Shown in pieces: positions 10,576 to 20,088 of a stretch of 64,000 nucleotides of DNA; position 1 is the first letter of the stretch; each line of letters begins with the position of its first letter. The notes beneath the pieces were generated by a model, which was not told the origin of the DNA, made no database searches, and saw nothing but the letters and a program-made list of their open reading frames with translations. A program made the position numbers and the translations under genes. Location of the stretch: contig JBDRGC010000127.1 of assembly GCA_043818215.1 (NCBI GenBank), forward strand, positions 12,832 to 76,831, read 5' to 3'. This DNA comes from Chloroflexota bacterium. Lineage in GTDB: Bacteria; Chloroflexota; Anaerolineae; Anaerolineales; UBA11858.

Positions 10576-10668
10576 ATTGGTAGGTTGGTAGGTTGGTAGG
10601 TTGGTAAATTGGATCACCAATTTACCAATTTACCAATCTACCAATTCCCAATTTCCCAATCTACCAAT
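10553..10668. repeat. octamer array with inverted arms (TTGGTAGG x~7 / CCAATTTA-CCAATCTA x~6)
   Basis: The arms flank the centre GGATCACC near 10612 and the right arm is the reverse complement of the left. A long imperfect hairpin is predicted. Confidence 0.9.
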
Positions 10669-10685
10669 GCTCTCGTCAGTTTTGT

Positions 10686-10976
10686 TTAGCTTTCAGCGAT
10701 CTGATAAGTTGGCTTTCGCTGTAATTCCTGTAACTTCTCCTGTACCCATAGATTCAACAGGGTTTCGGCTGAAATACCCCGCTTCCTTGCTAAATCTGTG
10801 ATTTTTGATGACAGGGTAGATTCCACGGCAAAGTAAGTTTTACCGGATTGAATATCGATCTCGAATTCGACTTCGGGCATACCATCCAGGTAATCCCCCA
10901 TGTCTGTCTCATCAAAAAATGCTGCCATTTCATCAAGCGATTGGAATTTTGGAAGAGTCTTCCTATTTTCTGGCAT
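10686..10976 (-). CDS. brnA: BrnA-like antitoxin (copy 1)
   Basis: 96 aa, immediately downstream of the BrnT-like gene with a 14-nt overlap. The C-terminal ribbon-helix-helix-like segment is GISAETLLNLWVQEKL. Confidence 0.6.
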   Translation of the reverse strand: MPENRKTLPKFQSLDEMAAFFDETDMGDYLDGMPEVEFEIDIQSGKTYFAVESTLSSKITDLARKRGISAETLLNLWVQEKLQELQRKPTYQIAES

Positions 10977-11247
10977 AGCTTTTTCTCTCTTTGTTCGCCA
11001 TATTTCTGGCGCTCAAGATTAATGCCTGGCGGTTTATTTTATAGATGAACAAAACCGCCAGATACCTTCCTGCGTCCGTTTTCCCCAGCCCAATATATAC
11101 GTCTTCACCCGGACGTTCTCCTTTTTCCATAAAGCGGATTTTTGGTCTGTTTGTGAAGATCTCTTCTACCTCATAAATTTCAACCTGGTGCTTCACGGTC
11201 AGTTTGTTAACAACATCATGCAACCAAAAAAGCCCGGCAATCTTCAT
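10963..11247 (-). CDS. brnT: BrnT-like toxin (DUF497 ribonuclease, copy 1)
   Basis: The W..D..N..KL..KH.V...EVEE pattern, with RYL.V.F, is typical of DUF497. Internal ATG (CAT at 11245-11247). Confidence 0.7.
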   Translation of the reverse strand: MKIAGLFWLHDVVNKLTVKHQVEIYEVEEIFTNRPKIRFMEKGERPGEDVYIGLGKTDAGRYLAVLFIYKINRQALILSARNMANKERKSYARK

Positions 11248-11249
11248 AT

Positions 11250-11540
11250 TTATTCTTCTGCAATCTGATAGACGGGTTTCGGATGCGTTTCTTGCAGTTT
11301 CTCCTGCACCCATAGATTCAACAGGGTTTCGGCTGAAATACCCTGTTCTTTTGCGACCGCGCAAAGCTTTTTGTCAAGGATGGCATCCACAGCAAAGTAG
11401 GTTTTACTGGATTGAATATCGATCTCGAATTCGACAGGATGCGATTGATCCCAAAACTCACCTGCGTCGTGAGAATCCCAAAACTCGCCGATTTCTTCGT
11501 ATGAACTTGCTTTCGAAATTGAACTCTTATTTTTTGCCAT
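11250..11540 (-). CDS. brnA: BrnA-like antitoxin (copy 2)
   Basis: Paralog of 10686..10976, sharing EFEIDIQS.KTYFAV and GISAETLLNLWVQEKLQE. Confidence 0.6.
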   Translation of the reverse strand: MAKNKSSISKASSYEEIGEFWDSHDAGEFWDQSHPVEFEIDIQSSKTYFAVDAILDKKLCAVAKEQGISAETLLNLWVQEKLQETHPKPVYQIAEE

Positions 11541-11604
11541 ATCTTCTCTGTTCTGACCTTGTCATATTTCTCGCTGATACGACTAATGCAAGTTTATCTT
11601 TATT

Positions 11605-11811
11605 CTAGACGAAAAAAATATTCAGATAACGGCCAGCATCCGTTTGCCCAAGCGCTGAGTATACGTTTTCGCCTGGGCGATGGCCTTTTTCCATGAAGCG
11701 GATTTTTGGCCTGTTGGCGAAGACCTCTTCTACCTCATAAATTTCAACCTGGTGCTTCACGGTCAGTTTGTTAACAACATCACGCAACCAAAAAATCCCG
11801 GCAATCTTCAT
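11605..11811 (-). pseudogene. brnT: BrnT-like toxin copy 2, C-terminally truncated
   Basis: Paralog of copy 1. It ends at RYLNIFFV, lacking about 25 C-terminal residues present in copy 1. Confidence 0.5.
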
Positions 11812-11835
11812 ATCCCAATTATACCCCACTTGATT

Positions 11836-11876
11836 CCTAACTTCCTAACTCTCTAACTCCCTAACTCCCTAACCCC
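11836..11876. repeat. heptamer array (CCTAACT)
   Basis: The tandem 7-nt units can be read directly, 5' of the NeuB-family gene. Confidence 0.8.
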
Positions 11877-11895
11877 TCGCCCCCGGAGTCCACCC

Positions 11896-12981
11896 ATGAC
11901 TACAATCCCCGCCCCCGAAATCACCATCGCCGACCGCAAAGTTGGCCTCAATTACCCCACTTACTTCATCGCTGACATCGCCGCTAACCATGACGGCGAC
12001 CTCGACCGCGCTATCGAACTCATCCGTCTGGCGAAACAAGCCGGAGCGGAGGCAGCAAAATTCCAGAATTTCCGCGCCCCAAAGATTGTTTCCGATTATG
12101 GCTTCAAATCCCTGGGCGGGCAGCTCTCCCATCAGGCCGAGTGGGAGAAAAGCGTCTACGAAGTCTACGATGATGCCTCCGTGCCTTTCGAGTGGACGCC
12201 CATCCTCGAAGAAGCCTGTGAAGAATTCGATATCCACTACTTTTCGTCACCCTATGACTACGACGCTATCGAGATGCTCGATGCTTACGTCCCGGCGTAC
12301 AAGGCCGGTTCGGGATTGATGGCCTGGCCCGAAGCGTTGGTGCGAATGGCAAAGATGGGCAAGCCAATTCTGATTGCAACCGGCGCAGCCGACATCAGCG
12401 ACGTGGTGCGCGCCATGCGGGCAGTCAGCGCGGTCAACGATCAGATTGTGCTCATGCAGTGCAACACCAATTACACCGCGGCCGACTCGAATTACGACCA
12501 CCTCAATATCAACGTGCTCAAAACCTACGCGGCTCTCTTCCCCAACGCGGTGCTGGGCCTCTCTGATCACACCCACAACCCGGCTCCGATTGTAGGGGCG
12601 GTAGCCCTCGGTGCCCGTGTCATCGAGCGTCATTTCACCGACGATAACAACCGCGAGGGGCCTGACCACAAATTTGCCATGAACCCCGCAGCCTGGGCTG
12701 AGATGGTGCAGCAGGTGCGCACCCTGGAGCGTGCTCTCGGCTCCACTGATAAATTCGTCACCGGCAGCGAACAGGAGACCTACGTGCTGCAACGCCGCTG
12801 CCTGCGCGCCGCCCGCGATTTCAAAGCTGGCGAAACCCTCACCGCTGAAATGGTCGAACCCTTGCGCCCTGCCGCTCCCGGCGCCCTCATGCCCTGGGAA
12901 TTGGATAACCTCGTGGGAAAGAAGGCTCTGATCGATATGCCCTACGGCATGGATTTGCGGTGGGAGAATATCGGTGCGTGA
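11896..12981 (+). CDS. nonulosonic acid synthase (NeuB/PseI/LegI family) with C-terminal SAF domain
   Basis: PTYFIADIAANHDGDLDRAIELIRLAKQAGAEAAKFQNF is the N-terminus typical of NeuB. The sugar specificity cannot be called from sequence alone. Confidence 0.8.
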   Translation: MTTIPAPEITIADRKVGLNYPTYFIADIAANHDGDLDRAIELIRLAKQAGAEAAKFQNFRAPKIVSDYGFKSLGGQLSHQAEWEKSVYEVYDDASVPFEWTPILEEACEEFDIHYFSSPYDYDAIEMLDAYVPAYKAGSGLMAWPEALVRMAKMGKPILIATGAADISDVVRAMRAVSAVNDQIVLMQCNTNYTAADSNYDHLNINVLKTYAALFPNAVLGLSDHTHNPAPIVGAVALGARVIERHFTDDNNREGPDHKFAMNPAAWAEMVQQVRTLERALGSTDKFVTGSEQETYVLQRRCLRAARDFKAGETLTAEMVEPLRPAAPGALMPWELDNLVGKKALIDMPYGMDLRWENIGA

Positions 12982-13056
12982 AACGTGAAGCGTGAAAACG
13001 TGAAGTTACGTATCACGCTTCACGTTTCCCGTCTCATGCCTCACGCCTCACGCATC
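12982..13056. repeat. inverted heptamer words (ACGTGAA / CACGCTT-CACGCCT)
   Basis: acgtgaagcgtgaaaacgtgaag is followed by cacgcttcacgtt and the CTCACGC units. Confidence 0.75.
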
Positions 13057-14193
13057 ATGCGCATTTTATACTTCTCCCGCGACTACACCACCCACGACCA
13101 CCGCTTCCTCTCGGCCCTGGCGAAGACGGAGCACGCGGTAGGCTCTCTGCGCCTGGAGCGCCGGGGACACCAGGTAGAAGATCGACCTCTGCCCCCGGAG
13201 ATCAAACAAATCCAGTGGGCGGGAGGCCAGTCCACGGCAGAATTCAGCGACGGCCCGCGGCTGGTTGCCGGTTTACGGAGAGTGATCGGCACCTTCGAGC
13301 CTGACCTGATCCAGGCCGGCCCTTTGCAACGATCCGCGTTTTTGGTGGCCCTGACAGGCTTCCACCCCCTGGTGAGCATGTCTTGGGGCTACGACCTGCT
13401 CATAGACGCGGATCGCAACCGCTGGTGGAATTGGGCGACGCGGTATACCCTCCGCCGCAGCGATGCTTTCGTGGGGGATTGTGACACCATCCGCAATCTC
13501 GCCATTCAGCACGGCATGACCCCCGACCGCATTGTTACTTTCCCCTGGGGCGCAAACCTCCAACGCTTTACTCCCCTAACCCCTGGCTCGCTCCCCGCTC
13601 CCCTCTCCCCTCTCTCCGCTCTCCGCACCCGTCTCGGCTGGGGTGACGACACCTTTGTGCTGCTCTCCACGCGCGGCTGGTCAGATATTTACGGCGTGGA
13701 AGATTTGGCGCGTGCCTTCGTGTGTGCTACCCGACAGCGACCGGAATTGCGCTTGCTGATGCTGGGCAACGGCCCGCTGGCCTCCACCATTCGGAGGATT
13801 TTCATTCGGGGCGGTGTGCAAGATCAAGTGCATTTTCCGGGGCAGGTAACCCAAGAGAATTTACCCAACTTCTACCGGGCCGCGGATTTGTACATCAGCA
13901 CTTCGCACAGTGATGGCACTTCTATTTCATTGCTCGAAGCATTGGCCTGCGGAACCCCCGTGCTGCTGGCTGATATTCCTGGCAATCAGGAATGGATTAG
14001 GGGTGAGGGCGTCGGCTGGCTGTTCCGCGATGGGGAGGTGGACTCACTCACGGAGGGGATTCTCCACGCCTGGGGTGCGCGGGAGCAGTTGCCCGCTATG
14101 GGCCGCGCCGCTCGTCATTTGGCAGAATCACGCGCCAACTGGGAAAAGAACTTCCTTAAGTTGTTCGAGGCCTGGGAAATCGCGCTATCGTGA
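13057..14193 (+). CDS. glycosyltransferase family 4 (GT-B, GT1-type C-terminal domain)
   Basis: The [24 protein letters not shown] (E-x7-E region) and [10 protein letters not shown] start are typical of GT4. Confidence 0.75.
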   Translation: MRILYFSRDYTTHDHRFLSALAKTEHAVGSLRLERRGHQVEDRPLPPEIKQIQWAGGQSTAEFSDGPRLVAGLRRVIGTFEPDLIQAGPLQRSAFLVALTGFHPLVSMSWGYDLLIDADRNRWWNWATRYTLRRSDAFVGDCDTIRNLAIQHGMTPDRIVTFPWGANLQRFTPLTPGSLPAPLSPLSALRTRLGWGDDTFVLLSTRGWSDIYGVEDLARAFVCATRQRPELRLLMLGNGPLASTIRRIFIRGGVQDQVHFPGQVTQENLPNFYRAADLYISTSHSDGTSISLLEALACGTPVLLADIPGNQEWIRGEGVGWLFRDGEVDSLTEGILHAWGAREQLPAMGRAARHLAESRANWEKNFLKLFEAWEIALS

Positions 14194-15035
14194 TCCCATC
14201 TCTGATCGTTCTATCCCATTATCAGGCTGAGTCTCTGATTCGTGCTAAGGGAAACACTGCGGCTGAAGTCTCCCCAGATTTAGGCTTGACCACGGTAACG
14301 GTCGCTCTGCAAAATGAAAAGATATGCTTCCCCAATGGCGAGTATCTTTCCTGGGGAGCTGTTGATGAAATCGCGGCTAACGAGAACAATTGCTTTGTGG
14401 TGGAAGGCGGGGATGTCACGGTTGTGCAAGCATTTTCCGAAACTTTCGAGCGGGTATACACTTTGTACCCCACAGAATCTGCTCCCACGATGCTGGTTTC
14501 AGGCTTGCCTATGCACCGCATCAAAGACACTGACCCCTGGCGCGATACGCAAAGCAAAATCAGGGCGATGGGGCGCGTGAGCGGGCAGGTGCTAGATACG
14601 GCAACCGGACTGGGCTATACTGCTATTATGGCCGCAAAAACCGCCGGCCAAGTGACAAGTATCGAGCTGGACCCGGCGGCGCAGGATATTGCCCGGCATA
14701 ATCCCTGGTCGCAGCCGCTGTTCGATAACCCCAAGATCACGCAGATCATCGGCGATACTTATGACGAAATCGAGGAATTCGACAGTAGCATGTTCTCTTG
14801 TATCATCCACGACCCACCGATGTTCAGGCTAGCGGGAGACTTGTATTCGTTAGCCTTTTACCGTCAGGCTTTTCGGGTGTTGAAACCGGGCGGGTGCATG
14901 TTTCATTATATCGGCAACCCGCACAGCAAGTCGGGCGGACGCGTCACCCGAGGGGTGATCCGGCGATTGCAAGAGGCCGGCTTTTTACGCATCACGCCCA
15001 GGCCGCAGGCATTTGGGGTGGTGGCGTATAAATGA
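14190..15035 (+). CDS. class I SAM-dependent methyltransferase (COG2521-like)
   Basis: Motif [13 protein letters not shown] and a later IIHDPPMF motif. It overlaps the upstream gene by 4 nt. Confidence 0.6.
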   Translation: MIPSLIVLSHYQAESLIRAKGNTAAEVSPDLGLTTVTVALQNEKICFPNGEYLSWGAVDEIAANENNCFVVEGGDVTVVQAFSETFERVYTLYPTESAPTMLVSGLPMHRIKDTDPWRDTQSKIRAMGRVSGQVLDTATGLGYTAIMAAKTAGQVTSIELDPAAQDIARHNPWSQPLFDNPKITQIIGDTYDEIEEFDSSMFSCIIHDPPMFRLAGDLYSLAFYRQAFRVLKPGGCMFHYIGNPHSKSGGRVTRGVIRRLQEAGFLRITPRPQAFGVVAYK

Positions 15036-15224
15036 GTCCGCGAGTCAGCGAGTCAGCGAGTCGGCGAGTTGGCGAGTTGGCGAGTCAGCGAGTCGGCGAG
15101 TCAGCGAGTCAACGAGTCGGCGAGTCAGCGAGTTGGCGAGTTGGCGAGTTGGCGAGTCGGCGAAGTAGAAGATTGTCGAATCGCTGATTCGTTGATTCGT
15201 TGATTCGCTGACTCGCTGACTCAC
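15036..15224. repeat. octamer array (GCGAGTCA/GCGAGTTG/GCGAGTCG, ~16 units) with short inverted arm (GATTCGYT/GACTCGCT)
   Basis: Read directly. The array is stop-free, which generates the spurious ORF 15045..15239. Confidence 0.9.
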
Positions 15225-15241
15225 CGCACCAGGAGACACTT

Positions 15242-16012
15242 ATGCTTACATTCGACAACCTCACAACTGAATTCCGCGCCATTGGCGTACAAACGGGCGA
15301 TACATTACTCGTCCACTCGTCATACAAATCCTTCGGCGGCGTGGAGGGCGGCCCGCAGACGGTGATCGACGCTTTGCTGCACGTTCTTGGCGACGCAGGC
15401 ACCCTCATTATGCCAACTTTCAATTTCGATTTTTGCAAGGGTAAGCCCTGGGATGTGCGCTCCACGCCCTCACACATGGGAGCCATCACCGATATGGTGC
15501 GCGAACATCCTGACAGCCGCCGCGTTTTTCACCCGATTTATTCTTTCGCAATTCTTGGCAAGCACGCAGAATTTCTAACCAAAGAGCGCTACAAGAGCAG
15601 CTATGAGCGCAACTCGCTGTTTGGCAAGTTGCGTGACTTGGACGGCAAGATAATGGTAGTCGGCCTGAGTTATAACGACAGTATGACCTTTTTTCATCAC
15701 ATCGAGGAGTTAGAGGGGGTGGATTACCGCTATATGAAAGTGTTCACCGGCATGGTCACGGACGAGAACGGCAATACCTACAAAGATACTTTCACTATGC
15801 TGGTGCGTGACATCGAGAAGGGCGTGCAGACCATGGTCGATCCCATGGGCGCTTTGATGGAAGATGAGGGAGTCATCACGGTTAGCAAAATTGGTGAGGC
15901 CAAAGTCAGTTTGATGAAGGCCAATGAGGTCTACGAGTTCACGGCTCGAGAGATGAAGCGCGACCCGATGTTGTTGTATCAGATTGAAGGAAACCAGGGA
16001 CTAGGGAACTAG
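15242..16012 (+). CDS. AAC(3)-family N-acetyltransferase (aminosugar acetyltransferase in this context)
   Basis: LVHSSYKSFGG...GTLIMPTFNFDFC is the pattern of the aminoglycoside 3-N-acetyltransferase fold. The 3' codons (GNQGLGN) are array-encoded. Confidence 0.75.
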   Translation: MLTFDNLTTEFRAIGVQTGDTLLVHSSYKSFGGVEGGPQTVIDALLHVLGDAGTLIMPTFNFDFCKGKPWDVRSTPSHMGAITDMVREHPDSRRVFHPIYSFAILGKHAEFLTKERYKSSYERNSLFGKLRDLDGKIMVVGLSYNDSMTFFHHIEELEGVDYRYMKVFTGMVTDENGNTYKDTFTMLVRDIEKGVQTMVDPMGALMEDEGVITVSKIGEAKVSLMKANEVYEFTAREMKRDPMLLYQIEGNQGLGN

Positions 16013-16087
16013 GGACTAGGAATCGGGAACTAGGAAGCTACTACATTCCCGACCCCTAATCCCTAATCCCTGATCCCTAGTCCCTGC
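15990..16087. repeat. inverted heptamer arrays (CAGGGAC/TAGGGAC then CCCTAAT/CCCTAGT)
   Basis: Read directly. It spans the stop of the acetyltransferase gene. Confidence 0.85.
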
Positions 16088-16092
16088 CTCCC

Positions 16093-17433
16093 ATGCTAAA
16101 AGAAATTCTCACCCAACTCTATCCCCTCCACCGCACGCTGGCTTGCGACGGTACTGACGAAGCCTTGCGCATTGTCGGTGCGCAGATGCCCGCGGCCGCA
16201 GGATATGCTATCGAAACCTACACCCCCGGCGCGCCCGTTTGGACGTGGAAGGTGCCGGAGCGATACATAGTTCACGAGGCTTATCTTGAAACGGAGAACG
16301 GCCAGCGCATCGTAGATTTTGCCGACAACCCTCTGCATATCGTTTCGTATTCCCTGCCCATAGACAAACTTCTTACCTGGGATGAACTCGAATCCCACCT
16401 GTATTTCAGCGAGAAACTGCCCCACGCCATCCCCTGGATTTTCAAATATTATCAGCGCGATTGGGGATTCTGCCTGCCCAAAGACACCTTCGACAAGTTG
16501 CCGCGGGATACCCGTTACCGGGCTGTCATCCGCAGCGAGTTTGTCACCGATCCCGATCATGGATTCCGCATCTCAACGGGAGTCCTAACCCCTAACCTCC
16601 TAACCCCTAACCCCCAAACTCCTAACTCGTATAGTACTAACAACCCCGGCGAATTCTTCATCTCCTCCCACATCTGCCACCCCATGCAGGCCAACGATGA
16701 TGCTGCCGGAGTGGTGACGGCCATCGAAGTGGCCCGCCGCCTGGCAGAGAATCCGCTTCCCCCTGGGTCGATGTCGGTGCGCTTCTGGTTCGGCCCGGAG
16801 ACCATCGGCACCATCGCTTACCTGGCTCACCACGAAGACCTGATTCCCCAACTCAAGGGCGGCATCTTCGTGGAGATGACTGGCAACCGCAGCCCCATTG
16901 CCTGGCATCACAGCCGCCAACACGACCACCTGCTCGACCGCGTCACAGACTACGTTCTACGCAACACGGATCACGTCGAGCGCGATTTCGCCGCCCACCC
17001 CGCCAATGACGAACGCGTCATCAACGGCCCCGGCGTCAACGTGCCCTGCATCTCGATCAACCGCTGGCCCTACGATGAGTACCACACCAGCGATGACAAC
17101 CTTGACATCATCCACGAAGATATGCTCCAGGAAGCCGCCGACGTGATCGAAGAAATCGTGCGAATTTATGCCAGCAACTACATACCCAGGCGTACATTCC
17201 GCGGACCGGTGTTTCTCTCCGGTCACGGGCTGTGGGTCGATTGGCGCGATAATTGGGAACTCAACCGCGCCATCGAAAAAATTATGATGCGCTTCGAGGG
17301 ACAGCACAGCATTTTCGACATCGCCGAAGAGGTGGGCCTGGATTACTGGGTGGTGCGCGAATACGTCGAAAAATTCCGGGCTAAGGGTTTTGTGAAAGCG
17401 CTGCCTATTCCCGGCGAGTCTCCGGGTTCATAG
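16093..17433 (+). CDS. aminopeptidase-like domain protein of polysaccharide loci (DUF4910/COG4310-like) with C-terminal winged-helix
   Basis: 446 aa with the M28-like core HICHPMQANDDAAGV. It contains an in-frame heptamer array at 16584-16628. Confidence 0.6.
   Translation: MLKEILTQLYPLHRTLACDGTDEALRIVGAQMPAAAGYAIETYTPGAPVWTWKVPERYIVHEAYLETENGQRIVDFADNPLHIVSYSLPIDKLLTWDELESHLYFSEKLPHAIPWIFKYYQRDWGFCLPKDTFDKLPRDTRYRAVIRSEFVTDPDHGFRISTGVLTPNLLTPNPQTPNSYSTNNPGEFFISSHICHPMQANDDAAGVVTAIEVARRLAENPLPPGSMSVRFWFGPETIGTIAYLAHHEDLIPQLKGGIFVEMTGNRSPIAWHHSRQHDHLLDRVTDYVLRNTDHVERDFAAHPANDERVINGPGVNVPCISINRWPYDEYHTSDDNLDIIHEDMLQEAADVIEEIVRIYASNYIPRRTFRGPVFLSGHGLWVDWRDNWELNRAIEKIMMRFEGQHSIFDIAEEVGLDYWVVREYVEKFRAKGFVKALPIPGESPGS
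16584..16628. repeat. in-CDS heptamer array (CCTAACC)
   Basis: It encodes LTPNLLTPNPQTPN inside the DUF4910-like protein. Confidence 0.8.
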
Positions 17434-17447
17434 GGTATACTTGAAGC

Positions 17448-17819
17448 ATGAGCGCGACTTCGACACTTAAACCTATCGAAATGGATTTAGATACCTGGAA
17501 GACCAGTTTAGAATTGGAACTGGCGCGCTTTGTGGAGCTGGTCATCAATCGTTTCGATCCCCAGAGGATAATTTTATTTGGCTCATTAGCTCAGGATAAT
17601 CCAAAGGTTTGGTCAGATATTGATGTGATAGTCATTCGAGAAACGGATGCTCGTTTTATAGACCGCGGCCTGGAAATTCGGAGTGCATTTCATCCGCGAG
17701 TGGGCATGGATATTTTAGTTTATACTCCCGAAGAGTTCGAACACTTATGTGTTGAGCGGATATTCTTCCGACAAGAAATTCTTGAAAAAGGGAAGGTACT
17801 ATATGAGCAGCGCTACTAA
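17448..17819 (+). CDS. MNT-type nucleotidyltransferase antitoxin (copy A)
   Basis: The GS-x9-12-D-x-D motif (LFGSLAQDNPKVWSDIDV) is present. It is paired with a HEPN gene. Confidence 0.75.
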   Translation: MSATSTLKPIEMDLDTWKTSLELELARFVELVINRFDPQRIILFGSLAQDNPKVWSDIDVIVIRETDARFIDRGLEIRSAFHPRVGMDILVYTPEEFEHLCVERIFFRQEILEKGKVLYEQRY

Positions 17820-18201
17820 TTGGTTGCAATTTGCTCGTGAGGATCTCCGAGTAGCAGAATGGGCACTTGACGAGACAATTAATAATCAAGCTTGTTTTCA
17901 TTCGCAACAATGTGTGGAGAAATCTCTCAAAGCCTGGTTGGTGAGTCAGGGGAAAGCTCCGCCTCGCGTTCATCAGTTGGCGACACTGCTTTCATTGATC
18001 CCTGGTGAACTTGTAGATGATCTCATAGATGGTATTGAGCTTTTGGACCAATTTTATATCCCTACGCGTTATCCTGATGCGCTTGTAAGCTCGTTGCCTG
18101 ATGGTCCGCCAAGCGATCACCAAGCGAGGCATGCCGTAGTGACTGCTCGCAAAGTTCTCCAACGCGTCGAACAACATATTTCCACCCAACCATCCCGTTG
18201 A
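17803..18201 (+). CDS. HEPN-domain toxin (copy A)
   Basis: The FAREDLRVAE...FHSQQCVEKSLKA and IPTRYPD motifs are typical of HEPN. ATG at 17803. Confidence 0.75.
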   Translation: MSSATNWLQFAREDLRVAEWALDETINNQACFHSQQCVEKSLKAWLVSQGKAPPRVHQLATLLSLIPGELVDDLIDGIELLDQFYIPTRYPDALVSSLPDGPPSDHQARHAVVTARKVLQRVEQHISTQPSR

Positions 18202-18308
18202 TTCATCTCCCCTCACCCCTCACCCCTCTTCCCTCTCCAAATATCATCGCCATCGTCCAGGCCCGAATAGACTCTTCTCGCCTGCCGGGCAAAGTGCTGC
18301 TCGACATC
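18198..18308 (+). pseudogene. 5' fragment (~37 codons) of the SpsF-like cytidylyltransferase gene
   Basis: Near-identical to 20476-20586 (MIHLPSPL.PLPSPNIIAI.QAR.DSSRLPGKVLLDI). Similarity stops abruptly at 18308. Confidence 0.7.
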
Positions 18309-18654
18309 AGGGCGAGATACCCTGGCACCGCCCGCCATACCATCCAGGTACAGGACATCGTCCCGATACCTATGCAGGTACTGCGCACTTGCGCCGCACG
18401 CAGTGTAGGTGTGGAAACCTGTCCTGAGTGTATCGAAAGGTCTCGGCTATAGACCCTAACTTTTGAAGAGGATACAAAATTTTATTGTATTCCTTTACCC
18501 CTTCGGGGCACAGGTATGTGTTACTTCGTGCGCAGTGCCTGCATAGGTATACTTTGTGGTTGGCCCCTTTTTGGTTCCGGCCTGTCCCTGTGTATTTCGG
18601 GGGTATGTCCGGGTTAGAGTAGACTTGAAATAGATGTTTTGATATGCCGCTATT

Positions 18655-18981
18655 GTGCAGGAGGCGTTTATGTTAGTTGACACGCGATACGAACACGTAA
18701 TCATGGATGAAGCCAATGTGCCTATAATAACAGGGACAAATACTAAGGTAGTTGAACTTGTTTTGGATAATATTGCCTACGGTTGGAGTCCTGAAGAACT
18801 TCATTTCCAACATCCTGAGTTAACGTTAGGGCAGATATATTCGGCGCTATCTTACTACTGGGACCACAAAGAAGAGCTTGATCAAGACATCGAGCGTCGT
18901 CTTCAACGCGTCAACCATATTCGGGAAGCAGCGCAGCAACTACCCCTGGAAACCCGGTTGAAGACAGCGATGGCAGCCTGA
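18655..18981 (+). CDS. DUF433-domain protein (antitoxin-like)
   Basis: PIITGTNTKVVELV...GWSPEELHFQHPELTLGQIYSALSYY is the pattern of DUF433. The start could be 18670. Confidence 0.65.
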   Translation: MQEAFMLVDTRYEHVIMDEANVPIITGTNTKVVELVLDNIAYGWSPEELHFQHPELTLGQIYSALSYYWDHKEELDQDIERRLQRVNHIREAAQQLPLETRLKTAMAA

Positions 18982-19328
18982 TGGCGATCAAGTTTTACAT
19001 GGACCATCATGTGCCGCGCGCGATCACGAACGGCCTCCGGCTGCGTGATGTAAATGTGATAACTGCTTACGAAGATGGAACCAGCAGATTTGATGACCCA
19101 GACCTGTTGGATCGAGCGGGCGCATTAGGACGCGTGCTATTCACCCGCGATGATGATCTCCTCGTGGAGGCAGCCCGACGACAGCGAAGTGGCATTTCGT
19201 TTCAAGGTGTGATCTATGCTCATCAACTCCATGTCACCATAGGTGTTTGCATTCGTGATTTGGAAACCATTGCCAAGATTGGGGAATCTGACGATTTGAT
19301 GAGTGGAGTGATATTTTTGCCCCTTTAA
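18981..19328 (+). CDS. DUF5615-family PIN-like protein (toxin-like partner of DUF433)
   Basis: The KFYMDHHVPRAITNGLR...VLFTRDDDL pattern is present, and the start overlaps the DUF433 stop (ATGA-type overlap). Confidence 0.65.
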   Translation: MAIKFYMDHHVPRAITNGLRLRDVNVITAYEDGTSRFDDPDLLDRAGALGRVLFTRDDDLLVEAARRQRSGISFQGVIYAHQLHVTIGVCIRDLETIAKIGESDDLMSGVIFLPL

Positions 19329-19342
19329 AGTCGAATAACCTT

Positions 19343-19711
19343 TGGCCCTACGATGAGTACCACACCAGCGATGATAACCTTGACATAATCCACGAAGATA
19401 TGCTCCAGGGAGCCGCCGACGTGATCGAAGAAATCGTGCGAATTTATGCCAGCAACTACATCCCCAGGCGCACATTCCGCGGGCCGGTGTTTCTCTCCGG
19501 TCACGGGCTGTGGGTCGATTGGCGCGATAATTGGGAACTCAACCGCGCCATCGAAAAAATTATGATGCGCTTCGAGGGCCAGCACAGCATTTTCGACATC
19601 GCCGCAGACGTGGGTCTGGATTACTGGGTGGTGCGTGAATACGTCGAAAAATTTCGGGATAAGGCTCTTGTGAAAGCGCTGCCTATTCCCGGCGAGTCTC
19701 CGGGTTCATAG
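19343..19711 (+). pseudogene. 3' fragment (~122 codons) of the DUF4910-like gene
   Basis: Collinear with 17065-17433. By manual alignment about 6 of ~122 residues differ. It has no 5' part. Confidence 0.75.
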
Positions 19712-19725
19712 GGTATACTTGAACC

Positions 19726-20088
19726 ATGAGTACTTTACAGACCCTTGAACCAATTGAGATGGATTTGAATACATGGAAGGCTCGCCTGGAGTCCGAATTG
19801 GCGCGTTTTGTGGACTTAATTATCGAACATTTCTCGCCGAAGAAGATCATCTTATTTGGCTCATTCGCGGAAGGGAAACCGCGGATCTGGTCTGATATTG
19901 ATTTGGTAGTGATCAAAGAAACAGATGATCGCTTTCTGGATCGTTCGAAAGATTTACTTCCTTTACTGATGCCGCGTGTTGGCTTAGACCTCATTGTTTA
20001 CACGCCAGCAGAATTTGACCAATTATGCCAGGAACGTAAATTCTTCCAAGATGAAATCTTGGAAAAAGGGAAAGTGTTGTATGGGTAG
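19726..20088 (+). CDS. MNT-type nucleotidyltransferase antitoxin (copy B, diverged)
   Basis: LFGSFAEGKPRIWSDIDL motif. Clearly more diverged from copy A than the flanking segments are. Confidence 0.75.
   Translation: MSTLQTLEPIEMDLNTWKARLESELARFVDLIIEHFSPKKIILFGSFAEGKPRIWSDIDLVVIKETDDRFLDRSKDLLPLLMPRVGLDLIVYTPAEFDQLCQERKFFQDEILEKGKVLYG

Larger units (their letters stand above)
18309..19342. mobile_element. 1034-bp foreign segment between the two copies of the 1244-bp duplication (carries a DUF433/DUF5615 pair)
   Basis: It has no counterpart in either duplicated copy and starts with a 24-nt inverted-repeat element (18365-18388 / 18528-18552). Confidence 0.55.

Noticed and set aside
18198-18452. 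84-aa ORF as a functional short cytidylyltransferase
   Set aside because: Only the first ~37 codons match the SpsF-like gene. The remainder is unrelated read-through into the foreign segment.
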